The notes under the pieces: model-generated
The model's database searches: none
What the model was told of the DNA's origin: nothing
The model's input: the letters and a program-made list of their open reading frames with translations, nothing else
Assembly (NCBI GenBank): GCA_047495785.1
Contig: JBLDXI010000023.1
Location: 744,001 to 808,000 of the forward strand
Length of the DNA: 64,000 nucleotides
Reading direction: 5' to 3'
Source of the DNA: Lepidodermella squamata
Lineage: Eukaryota; Animalia; Gastrotricha
Shown here: positions 11,601 through 21,880 of the stretch, piece by piece
Numbering within the stretch: position 1 is the stretch's first letter
Layout of the letters: each line of letters opens with the position of its first letter
Made by a program: the position numbers and the translations under genes

Positions 11601-14600
11601 GCTTAAGTACAGGGCGAAATTCCTGTGTTTTTCGAAGGCTGTTAATTAACAAATAATTTTCCTCAAATTTGCATTAGCTCGCGGGTATGTTCAGTTTTAC
11701 CGTGGATTCGAAGCATAATCAGCCAATCCAATCAACCAACCCTGCCGACCCCGACCACGCTAAGCTCATGCGGCCGGTCCAAGTACTTCACAAGCAACAA
11801 TGTGCCAGGCTCAGGAATAGCTGGCGGCTCAATCGCTCTCCCAAATCAGTTTCCATGGTAGGAGCTTTTCTGAAAAAAACAGCTATTATGAATGTTTTAT
11901 TGCTCATCCGGCAGGGTTGTACGGCTTGTCAGCTATTTTTCGTTTACCTACGCTTCATCATGTACAGGCAGCATCATTAGCGAAAAGTTAACATATATTA
12001 TCAATTGATCTTTCAAGGCTTAATTTTATTATAGTTACATCATCACTTCGGCCCATTGTGTCAAAAAAGACTCCCCTGATGACTTGAGGTTCGTGTCAAC
12101 TCAGCACCTTCCTAGCTACTGGATAAAATAATGTCGCAATACTAGTTACCTGGATGTATACATTGGCGAACACGATAAGACCAACAATTCAGAACCTGGT
12201 GAATTTGTTATGCGAGTCACTAGTTCGAAAAGCACGATCAAGCCGCATCCCGCTTACAATCCAATCTCTCTAAACAACGACATTGCGTTGATCAAGTTAC
12301 CAAGTAAGGATTCAACAGTAACTCTTGTACTCCAGTTTCACTCCGATTTGCTTCAACAGGGCCGCTAAATTTTACAACTTGGAATGTTCAAAAAGTGTGC
12401 CTGCCAACCTCGCCCAGCGACGATTGCAGTGTAGGAATGATGGGCGTTGCGGCCGGTAAGATGAATTTTTAGATCTTAGAATGTGCCTCCGCTCAGCCGA
12501 ATAATTTGTTGAAAATGGCAGGAAAAAAGGTCGGCAGGGCAATGACAAGCAAAAATTATCGGTCCTTAGTTGTTCATCCCCGTTGTTCCAATAGATATTT
12601 GACTCGAATTCGATCCTTTCTGCACATGACCGATAACAAAGGAGAAGCGGGCTATGGTGTAATTTCTAGATTTTCTAGAAAATGGAAAAACGTGTGCTGA
12701 CTTGAAGAGGGACGATTCTTGCATTTTTGAATGTTCTCAGTCAGTTTTTCTTGAGGATATAGAATTACTAGACATGGTTATTCCATAATATTTCTATTTC
12801 TAGCAAGATTCCTCACCTCAGATTGCCCTTAAAAATCTCGGCTGCTCATAAAACAATAATATCAGGAGAATTACTAATTGAGGCTATCATAACCTAATCT
12901 TTTAAGCGCGCATTTTAGCAATTTTTCACCATTAAGCATTGAAACCGAATTTCTCAGCACCTAATTTCACGGGTTCCGGAGACTCACTTGCCCATCTCAG
13001 GTTGTCACCGTGTTCCCTGAGATCCAAGCAGAGTGTGAAAGAGGATCCGGGAGCCGAGGTGTTTTCTACTTGATTTCTAGGATCCAGCCGAAGAAACCAA
13101 AGGGTCCCCCTGTCGGTTTTCAGCCTTTCTCTGGTTGGGGTCTCGGAGCGGGGGTGTCGCGACACCCCAGCACCCCTTCACTTCGCACCCTCGATCCAAG
13201 CTGTTAGTTGCATACTCTAGAGCCCGCCCGTCTTTCACCACCTGGTCACTCTGGGTTCCCAAAGTTCCCCAGAATATAGCATTCTGGCTGGTTTTAAAGT
13301 TTAGTTTCAGCCTAATTTCACGTGTTCCGGAGACTCAACCTGTTCCTTTAACTCTCCAAAAATGCTACGTAATACTGTGATAGCCCTGGAATAGCACTGC
13401 CGTAGTTGTGTTATTGAGTTTGTGCTACCAGTTTGTGCTACCAGTTTCGTATTATTAGACAATTAAATCCTACTTTTTTTTTGTCTCAGGATTTGGACTT
13501 GCAAGTGATATCAACGCAGTGATCAATGTCCTTCGCTACGCATATGTTCCTGTCGTGAGCAACGCCGAGTGCGAAGCAATTTACAGGGCACATTTGTAAA
13601 TCCCACCTAGAAACGTCCAGGGTAAAAATTCAAAAATTCTGCCTTTTCCCCCATTTTCTTCACTCAAGTTTAATAAAATAGATATTTATGTATTTGAATA
13701 ATTCAAATACAAACAATTTAATAATTTCTAAAATATTTTCCATGGCGACGCATTTACGGGGGGAATTTTGAATTTTCGTCAAGTCCGGTCGCCGCGTCGC
13801 CTGACCTTCCCTATGTTGCAGAGCAAAAACCATGATGGATAAATCGATTCTGTAAATTGCGCTGAACTCAGCATAGTCGAATTACCTAAGAACCGTTGAA
13901 AAAACAATAGGTCAGGAAAATCGACTTTTTTGCCACTCCGGCGCCTTAGTACCCCCTTAGGGGAGATCTTGAGTCATCTTATTCATCTTTCTGGATCTCT
14001 AACCGTAACTCCTGGAAGCTTCTAATATTGATTTTTGTACTCTACGCACTCGATTTAGTAAAGGAAAGATCTTTTTGAGAGATCATATGTATTCTGTTGG
14101 TCTCAGAAGATCTTCTTCCTTCATCCTAAGACAGGCTATCCTTAGTCACCACGCTAACTTGCCCTGCAAGCTTCTTAAATGACTTTGGGTTGATATGATC
14201 TCTCAAAAAGATCTTTCCTTTACTAAATCGAGTGCGTAGAGTACAAAAATCAATATTAGTTCAGCGCAATTTACAGAATCGATTTATCCATCATGGTTTT
14301 TGCTCTGCAACATAGGGAAGGTCAGGCGACGCGGCGACCGGACTTGACGAAAATTCAAAATTCCCCCCGTAAATGCGTCGCCATGGAAAATATTTTAGAA
14401 ATTATTAAATTGTTTGTATTTGAATTATTCAAATACATAAATATCTATTTTATTAAACTTGAGTGAAGAAAATGGGGGAAAAGGCAGAATTTTTGAATTT
14501 TTACCCTGGACGTTTCTAGGTGGGATTTACAAATGTGCATTTACAGGAGTGGAACCGATTCAATCATTTGTGCCGGTATGTAAATTTAGATGCAAAGTTC

Positions 14601-14815
14601 TCTTCCTAATAGTTTTAAATTTCGCCCGCTTAGGATATGCCGGATCAGGACCTAACATTTGCCGCGGAGATTCTGGTGGGCCACTCATGTCGACAGAGCA
14701 AGGCTACTACAAATTATGTGGTCTCAACGATTTTGCATATAAATGCGGTTATACATACGGCGGTTTCACACGTGTAACTTCCTTTCTCAGCTGGATAAAC
14801 GCCAATGCTATATGA
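8668..14815 (+). CDS. Secreted tandem two-domain S1A protease SP-B (dead domain 1; domain 2 with full His-Asp-Ser triad); one exon interrupted by a transposon
   Basis: ATG 8668 with signal peptide. Domain 1: VNGG..YPW, LTSASLI, NYDFAVI, NVDIGSPL. Domain 2: IAGG..FPW (about 11820-11857), TSAHC (about 12045), NDIALI (about 12275), VCLP, NICRGDSGGPL (about 14655), SFLSWI. GT-AG introns at positions shared with SP-A and SP-C. Confidence 0.85.
10370..10610. repeat. Diverged relative of the terminal repeat of the 13588-14538 element
   Basis: CCATGGCGACGC..GGGGAA..CGCCGCGTCGCCTG..CAGCAT..TCGAA at about 10447-10565 parallels about 13740-13881. Element ends not resolved. Confidence 0.55.
10757..11207. 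mobile_element. MITE, CATG-terminal family (8-bp TSD; hAT- or P-like)
   Basis: 27-bp TIR CATGTGACGTAGATAGGACGCCGCACT; TSD ATGCTAAT/ATGCTGAT. Confidence 0.85.
13588..14538. mobile_element. Mutator-like fold-back non-autonomous DNA transposon inserted in a coding exon of SP-B
   Basis: About 280-bp near-perfect TIRs (GCACATTTGTAAATCCCACC...), an inner inverted repeat of about 63 bp, and an exact 9-bp TSD ATTTACAGG (13579-13587, 14539-14547). Confidence 0.9.
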
Positions 14816-15574
14816 CACATAGCTCGAGTTGCAAAGAATTATTTTATATTATTGTTAATCAGAATAATTCTGAAAAAAACTTAATCGAGAATATTGCTGT
14901 GAACCTTTACCTTTTACTGACCTGGTTTGCTAACCAGCTACTCAAAACTCGAATCCCAAATGCTTGTAAGCGTGATTTTTAAGTAATTCGTTATCAGTGC
15001 TACCCCCGATATTGAAATCGTCGGCAAAAGCCAGTAAAATAGAAAAACCTTCAGAAAGTTGGCCAAAATAGCCAAAAGGGAAAAACTGTGTTCAGTTGAA
15101 TGACGGCGTAACTATGATTATATTATCGTTGCTTTACAGATATCGCTGTTGTTTCAAGCAACATTTTTGCGGCCGCAGGACTAAAACGCGTTGTAAGCAG
15201 ATTATCTTCAGTTTGATGCATGAAAAAATGGATAATTATACCGCAACAAGAGGCCGGGATTCACTGCTCTCATTCAGGAAATACCTGTTGGTTGCTTGAA
15301 TGATGGGGTTACGATAATTCTCATTCCCTGGTGTATAGTGCAACTTGTATAACAACTATACACCAGAAAAAATATCACCCTAATTTATCTACGGAATGCG
15401 TGCAATCAGTTTTGGTATCTGAATTCCTGCTCTCAGTAGATAAATAACTGCGTTTTTGTACATGAATTAGGGTGATTTTTGGCCTGAATTCAGAGATAAA
15501 TGTTGAAAATCGGTGAATTAGGATACTCACCTATATATTGGAACTTACACCGTTGTTTCCCTTTCCATCTGCTA

Positions 15575-15950
15575 GGTTGGGGTCTCACTAATCAAGCTGT
15601 GTCGTTATCAGACGTGCTTCGATTTACCACGCTGTCTATAGTCAGCAAAGCTACATGCCAAGCGCAGGATACAACTGCTACCATCAACCATCACCGATTC
15701 GATGATTTGCGCAGGTAATCAGTGATATTCCGAGTTTTTCATTTCTCAGATGCATGAATGATTAAGGTTATTCTGGATATGGACCAAATGCTTCCGTGGG
15801 TGATGCAGGCGGACCACTGATGGCAAGCACACTGGGTTTCTACAAGCTGTGTGGCCTCGTTAGTTTCGGCTTGAGATGCGGTGAAGCAGCAACAGGCTAC
15901 ACTCGCATCACCTCTTTTCTCTCCTGGATTAATATCAATGCTGTCTAGTT
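15575..15950 (+). pseudogene. Degenerate copy of the last two exons of SP-A
   Basis: GWGLTNQAVSLSDVLRFTTLSIVSKATCQ..., then GDAGGPLMAST..FYKLCG with frameshifts. Intron retained, so this is a DNA-level duplicate. Confidence 0.8.
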
Positions 15951-17299
15951 CTAGTTCTAGTTGAAATTTTCTGGAATGTAAAGAACATAAATGAGTGGCA
16001 CGAGCCAAACTACGCACTTTGCCAACCTTGTTTATAACGAACTTTTTATAGCGAACATTTGGCTATAACAAACGATTCTAAATGGCTCGGTGGCAGCTTT
16101 AAGATATTTACATTGTTTTATGGCGAACTTGGGTCTCGTGCGCGTTCATACTCGCGTTCATACTTCGTCAATTTTGGGGATTCGATGTTATGATTCATTG
16201 CGACTTAATCACGCTTCAGAAGAAGAAATATTTCGACGATTATTGAATTCAAATCGCTGCCTTGTGAGGGCACCTGGAATGAGATGAAATCGCTGGTACT
16301 TGCCGCGCCTGAAATGCCGGAATACCTCCTCGCAGTGAGCGAACTGCTTCTGAAAAGTGGAATGGAAAATAATTCATCGGAAAATCTCTATGGCACCTCT
16401 TTAGCGCTAATCGAAACTCTCAAGGCAAGATCGCACCTCTACGAATCCTAGCACTGAGGTGACTTTCATACCTTTAGTTCGATGGCACGATGCCAGCCGG
16501 CAGATCCTTACAATAAGTCGGAAAAGCTACAAGGCACCTCTACAGCGCTACTGTAACGATTGGTGTTACGGCGGCATCCCGGTCATGACTAATAAGATGA
16601 ATAACCATAGCTGTGATCTAGGACTTGTGATATATGATCATGTGATAACTAATTAGGCTGTGTAGTGCGTTCTATCAAACTAGTATTGTCAGTACTTAAG
16701 CTCTCAATTTGCCAGTGACTGGTGTTCAGTTTATTTTCAATGAATAAATCATTAAGGGTAGCAGTTGACTGTTTTATGATTCCGTGACAAAATAAACTGA
16801 ACCTAATTTCTTTTCTCGCGCGGTCAGCTGCTACCCTTACTTCGAGCTTAGCCAAGTCTTTGTTTAACGATTCTTCGGATTTTCCGGCACCAAATTCGGC
16901 ACCATTCTGCACCGATTTTCGACACATTTATTGGGCACTTCTGGCACCTGTTCTGCACCGATTCCGCAACGATTCCGCACGACGTTCAGCAAACCTGTTC
17001 CGCCCTTTCGGCACATCAATTCCGCACTTTCCGCACAATTTTCGAGGCATTCGGCACCCTCAATCCGCACGTACGGCGAGACCTTTCCGTACGTTCGACA
17101 AGGCCTTTCCGCACGTTCGGCACGGAGTTCCGCCCGAAATGCTATTTTTTACATTCATGAGAGTGACATAAAACAATTTTATTTTGCAAAAAAGTGTCAA
17201 AAACATGTATTTTGAATATATTTCCAGCAAAAACATCATATTGTCGTCATATTGTTTAGTGGCGCAATCAACTCATGCTTTCCATACTGCGGTTCTGGC

Positions 17300-17583
17300 G
17301 GTTCCAGCCTCGCCAATCTCTCAAATCGTTTGCAATCAAAAAACTAACCACATAGTCTTGTTCAGCGCGTGATTCTGCGTTAGAGACATTCGATTTAGAC
17401 ATCTACTGACAACAAAACAGAAGATCTGAGTGATCTCAAACTTTGGGTGAAACCAGAAAATTCCTGAATTTTGGTGGTTCCAGCCTCGCCAATCTCTCAA
17501 ATCGTTTGCAATCAAAAAACTAACCACATATTCTTGTTCAGCGCGTGATTCTGCGTTAGAGACATTCGATTTAGACATCTACT
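17300..17583. repeat. About 107-bp direct repeat, flanked by arrays of degenerate GGCACC(A/G)ATT units (16885-17130, 17973-18067)
   Basis: GGTTCCAGCCTCGCC...AGACATCTACT occurs at about 17300-17407 and about 17476-17583. Confidence 0.8.
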
Positions 17584-18098
17584 TACTGCTCAACGAAGTT
17601 GATAGCCGATGGCAAAGTTTGGAAATGCCGCTTAACCTGCACTGGCAACTCTGCCGGCGTGGCAATTAATTTTCGCGCCTGACCTCGAAAAAATATTTTT
17701 TTTTAAATAATTTTTAAATAGATATTACAATATTCATTTTTTTAAATTAATATTTTCTGCAAAATATTTGTATATTTAGTCGCAGGAAATTGATTAATAT
17801 TGATGTGCCGGTTATTTTTGGAAGTACCCCAAACAGCATTCATCCCCGATGATTCATCAGTAATGTCAAGTTCTTCTCATTCATTTCGGGGTTCTGTGTT
17901 CTCGTAAATGTTCGAATAAAAAAGTCGCCTCAATTAGAGTCAATTTTAATTAAAAATGTCTTGTTTCTCATTCGGCACCGATTGGGCACTGATTTTGCAC
18001 CAATTTGGCAACGGTTCAGCACCTTTTTGGCACTGATTTGGCACCAATTTGGCACTAATTCGGCACTATCCAGCAGTAAGTGCGGAAAAAATCGTATA

Positions 18099-19081
18099 CC
18101 GTATTTCTCGAAAATATACGACACACCTGTATATATCCCCGCTCCCTAATACAACCCGACGAAAAAATCGTTTGTTCATATTTAACCCAGGCCTCGAAAT
18201 TGTACCACAGCTATTTTAATTTGGGCGAAGCATGCGTTGGAACAAAAGAAAAGCCTTATTAATGACGCATTATCGTAATCAGTAATTAGCTATCGCGTAA
18301 GCAGCTTCGCAACGTCTGATCTTGGCACCATTCATAAGCCAGCAGAAAATGCCCATTCAGCATTCACTAGCTGAGACACAGAGTTTTATTTTAACATTTT
18401 CATATCCTTCTTAATCGTTTTAACCTTCTGGAATCGATGATGGCTGGCTCTCCTGATCGTCTTCAAGATTCCGTCCAGGTGTCCGAAGAAGACAAGCGAA
18501 AGCGGCACCGCAAGTATTCCCTCGCATACAAAATTCGTGTGGCTGATCATGCAAAAGCAATCTCAGCAAACGATGCCTCGAGAGTCTTCAAGGTCGATCG
18601 TCGATGCGTCAAGGAATGGCTACAACATCACCAACAGCTGCTGATTCTACAGTTCGCTGGCATGGAAAAGCGTCATCGTCGCACTCGATGGTTCCGAGGA
18701 TGATCAGATCTCGTGCTTCAAGGATGGAAAGCCGTGCGCTGCTGGCCGAGAGCTACTGGCTTCGAAGATGGCATCAAACGACACGTTCGATCAAGTCATC
18801 AGCCTGGATGATTTCAACGATGACGAAAGTGAACCTGACTTTTTTTTTATAGATAATTGATTTTGTTGGTTGATCAAAAAATTGTTAACTTTTTCACTTT
18901 TTCACTGAATCGACAAATAAAACAATCTAAAAACGTCGTCTTAATACGAATTGCTCGCGGCTTTTTGTGATGATTCGCAATTAAACAGCACACCCGTATA
19001 TATCCCCACTCCCTAATACAACCCGAATCAAAAATCATTTGTTCATAAATATAGCCCGCGGTAAATTTTCGAGAAATACGG
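18099..19081 (+). mobile_element. pogo/Tc1-mariner-type deletion derivative retaining an N-terminal HTH coding remnant
   Basis: TA|CCGTATTTCTCGAAAAT ... ATTTTCGAGAAATACGG|TA; subterminal direct repeats. ORF 18437-18703 reads RKYSLAYKIRVADHAK..ASRVFKVDRRCVKEW, resembling a Brinker-type HTH of pogo transposases. Confidence 0.85.
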
Positions 19082-20624
19082 TATTTCCGATCGCGCCGAC
19101 GCCTTGCTTTCTAGGCCTAGCCCTGGCTCGCGTTTGGTGCTCCGATTTGTCGACTCAATGTTCTCTGGCTTTGCGCTTCGCCGATCTACGTCCTTCTGTC
19201 GTTCGTCGCCGACTGTCGTGATCAATTTAGAAACCAGCGTCAAAAGGCTCTAGGTTCTGAACCGGCTCGCACGTCTGTTTTCTTGGTCGTTGGTTGGACA
19301 AGTCCTGTCTTCGCTCAATGGAAAATGGTCTTGGTTGATTTTCGCTGTAGTCGCTGCTGTCGGGTCGCCAGCCAATGCTCAAGGTCCGCCCTGGCTACGT
19401 TCTGGTGCTACGACAACTTCGAGGTGAATTGAAGCCTTGGCCCCGATGTGTTTCGTGAATTTCTGGAACCTGGTTGATTATCGCTGTAGTCACTTTGTCG
19501 CCTGGCCAAGTTATTGTGCTGTGACATTGTCGAGGTCCTGTGATTTGAAGCCTGGTAATTTCTCGCTCGGTTTAGCTGACTTCCACTGTAGTCGCTGTGT
19601 CGAAACGCCGGCTCAAGGAATTTCCTGGTTAAGCTTTGGCGCAACGTCATCTTCGAGGTCCAGTGGTTTGAAGCCTGGTAATTTCTCGCTCGGTTTTGCT
19701 GATTCTCCCTGCAGTCGCTGTGTACGCCGGCTCAAGCTTGTCTTCTTTACGCTTTGGCGCTACGACATCTTCGAGGTCCAGGGATTTGAAGCTTTGAACT
19801 ACGTCGAATTCGTGATTTTCGGACCCATGGTACTCCTGTCTCTTTCCAGCTTACGCATCAATTTGCCAATGCTGGTTTGATATCGGTTCATCTTGTGATC
19901 GTCTTCAATGTTCTTTCGGATCTCAATGCTTTGGATTTCTCAATTTTGGTCGATTTCCGGTTTTGAACACTACAACAACAGTTTTTAGGTTCCTCATCAA
20001 CTTCAGCCTCTTTCGAATTCATCAACTTCACTCTATCCTTCTGTTCGCCGGTCACTGGTCAACTACTTCACTTATTTGGTTCTTCCATATTCCTCAAAAT
20101 GTTATCAAGTGTACGCGGTCAGGAAATTTTGCTCCGGCTATGTCCAATGATTCGATGATTCTTTTTCACTCCACTCTGCCTTGCTCTCAGTGCCCTCGAT
20201 TTCGGCTTGCTGGCTTTCGTCTCGGCTGGAGTTCGCAATTCAGCTTATGATTCAAGGTTCAAGGCTCATGGTTTTCTATGGTTTCTACGATTTTTCGACC
20301 TGAATTGCCCTCTACGATTTTCGGTTTGCTCTCGCGGCGAAGAAGGGGCCTGAGGAGGGTGTGGTGTAACGATTGGTGTTACGGCGGCATCCCGGTCATG
20401 ACTAATAAGATGAATAACCATAGCTGTGATCTAGGACTTGTGATATATGATCATGTGATAACTAATTAGGCTGTGTAGTGCGTTCTATCAAACTAGTATT
20501 GTCAGTACTTAAGCTCTCAATTTGCCAGTGACTGGTGTTCAGTTTATTTTCAATGAATAAATCATTGAGGGTAGCAGTTGACTGTTTTATGTTTCCGTGA
20601 CAGCTACTCGCAATTCTCAGGCAA

Positions 20625-21059
20625 TCATATCGAACCTCGACGAATCCTAGCACTGAGATGACTTTCATACCTAAGACTTGCAGCCAGAAGCCGTGACTCT
20701 TCGATTAGAGCCTCATCCATTTTCGAGGATCGCTTTTGACATCTCCAATACAGAAAACCTTGCAAAAAGACCACCGTTCCGAGGAAAATAACGCCGCCGT
20801 ATAAACAAGCCCAGGTGCAGTAGATTTCCGTTACTGGGTCAATCTCAACTGGGGCTGTCGAATTCACTGGGCGTTTCTTGCGTTTCCTGAATTCGCCTGT
20901 TAAACTGTCGTTCAGATTTTGTAAATTGGCCAAGCGGCTCAAGCATTTGTACATCAAAAACAAGAAAGTGATTATAAAGAAGCTTGCTACGGGTACCCAA
21001 ATCCTAGCCGGAGTTCTGAATTTCGCCGAGGGACACTTGCCGCGGAAAAACTTGAGCAT
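20625..21059 (-). CDS. Orphan small protein with two hydrophobic segments (copy A, 144 aa)
   Basis: Paralog of 25871-26323. Most differences are synonymous. The stop comes 6 codons earlier and the LTR element is inserted just downstream. Confidence 0.65.
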   Translation of the reverse strand: MLKFFRGKCPSAKFRTPARIWVPVASFFIITFLFLMYKCLSRLANLQNLNDSLTGEFRKRKKRPVNSTAPVEIDPVTEIYCTWACLYGGVIFLGTVVFLQGFLYWRCQKRSSKMDEALIEESRLLAASLRYESHLSARIRRGSI

Positions 21060-21279
21060 TTCAGGGCTATTTCCTTGTTATATCGCCTTTGGGAGATGAG
21101 AAAAACATGGGTTACTCCAATCATATTGACAATATCGAAAACAGATTTCTGGTGCCTTGCAATTCTAACGATTTTTGATTAGAGGTGAACAAATCGCATA
21201 GAAGCTTAGCATCCGAGTCTCCATATGCAGTGTCAAGTGTCAAATAATTCTTCGGTAGTCTGCCTTAGAAGTCTGAGCT

Positions 21280-21578
21280 GTCTATAGTCAGCAAAGCTAC
21301 CTGCCAATCGCAGTTTACAACTGCTACTGTCAGCGACTCAATGATTTGCACAGGCAATCAATGTTTTTCCTCTTGTTTCATTATTATTCAGTTGTATGAA
21401 TGATCAAGTTTATTCTGGATTCGGGTCAAATGCTACAGGCGGACCGCTGATGGCAAGTACACAGGCCTTCCACAAGCTAGGAGGTATCGGTAGTTTCGGC
21501 TCGAGATGCGGCGAAGGAGCGACAGGCTAAACTCGTATCACCTCTTTTCTCTCATGGATTAATGCAAATGTCGTCTAG
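21280..21578 (+). pseudogene. Second degenerate copy of the SP-A terminal exons
   Basis: SIVSKATCQSQFTTATVSDSMICTG, then GGPLMASTQAFHKL..CGEGATG*TRITSFLSWINANVV, with a deletion across the catalytic loop and a stop. Confidence 0.8.
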
Positions 21579-21880
21579 TTCCTTAACATTCGTCTGGAAT
21601 GAAATAGCCGAAGTCTATTAGCCTACATTCTAAAAAAAGCAAATAAAAATATCTCTAGATCACTGAGATCTTCTAGCAGCACCCGATGCTTTTTACTTTT
21701 TTAACATTCACCAGTTGACCCTGAAATTTGAGATCGCACCCGTCATATTCTACTCATATTCTGGAAAGTTGTGAGTAAAAATTGTCCAACAGAGTTCTCA
21801 AAGGTGCGTGGATCGCATTCCTTCATTCTCTTAATTTGAAAAAAATTCACAAAATAAGTATGTAGTAATTATCAACAGAA

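Larger units (their letters stand above)
16552..20602 (+). mobile_element. Non-autonomous LTR retrotransposon (238-bp LTRs) with nested insertions
   Basis: LTRs 16552-16789 and 20365-20602 (TGT...ACA, 2 differences seen), 5-bp TSD GCTAC, purine-rich tract before the 3' LTR. The empty site is visible in the duplicate at about 25870. No gag or pol recognised. Confidence 0.92.

Noticed and set aside
16885-18067. CRISPR-like or coding interpretation of the GGCACC repeats and their ORFs
   Set aside because: Eukaryotic context, degenerate units of about 11 bp without unique spacers, and no cas genes. The ORFs are repeat by-products.
19408-20250. gag or env ORF inside the LTR element
   Set aside because: Only short low-complexity ORFs; no zinc knuckle, protease, RT or integrase motifs.
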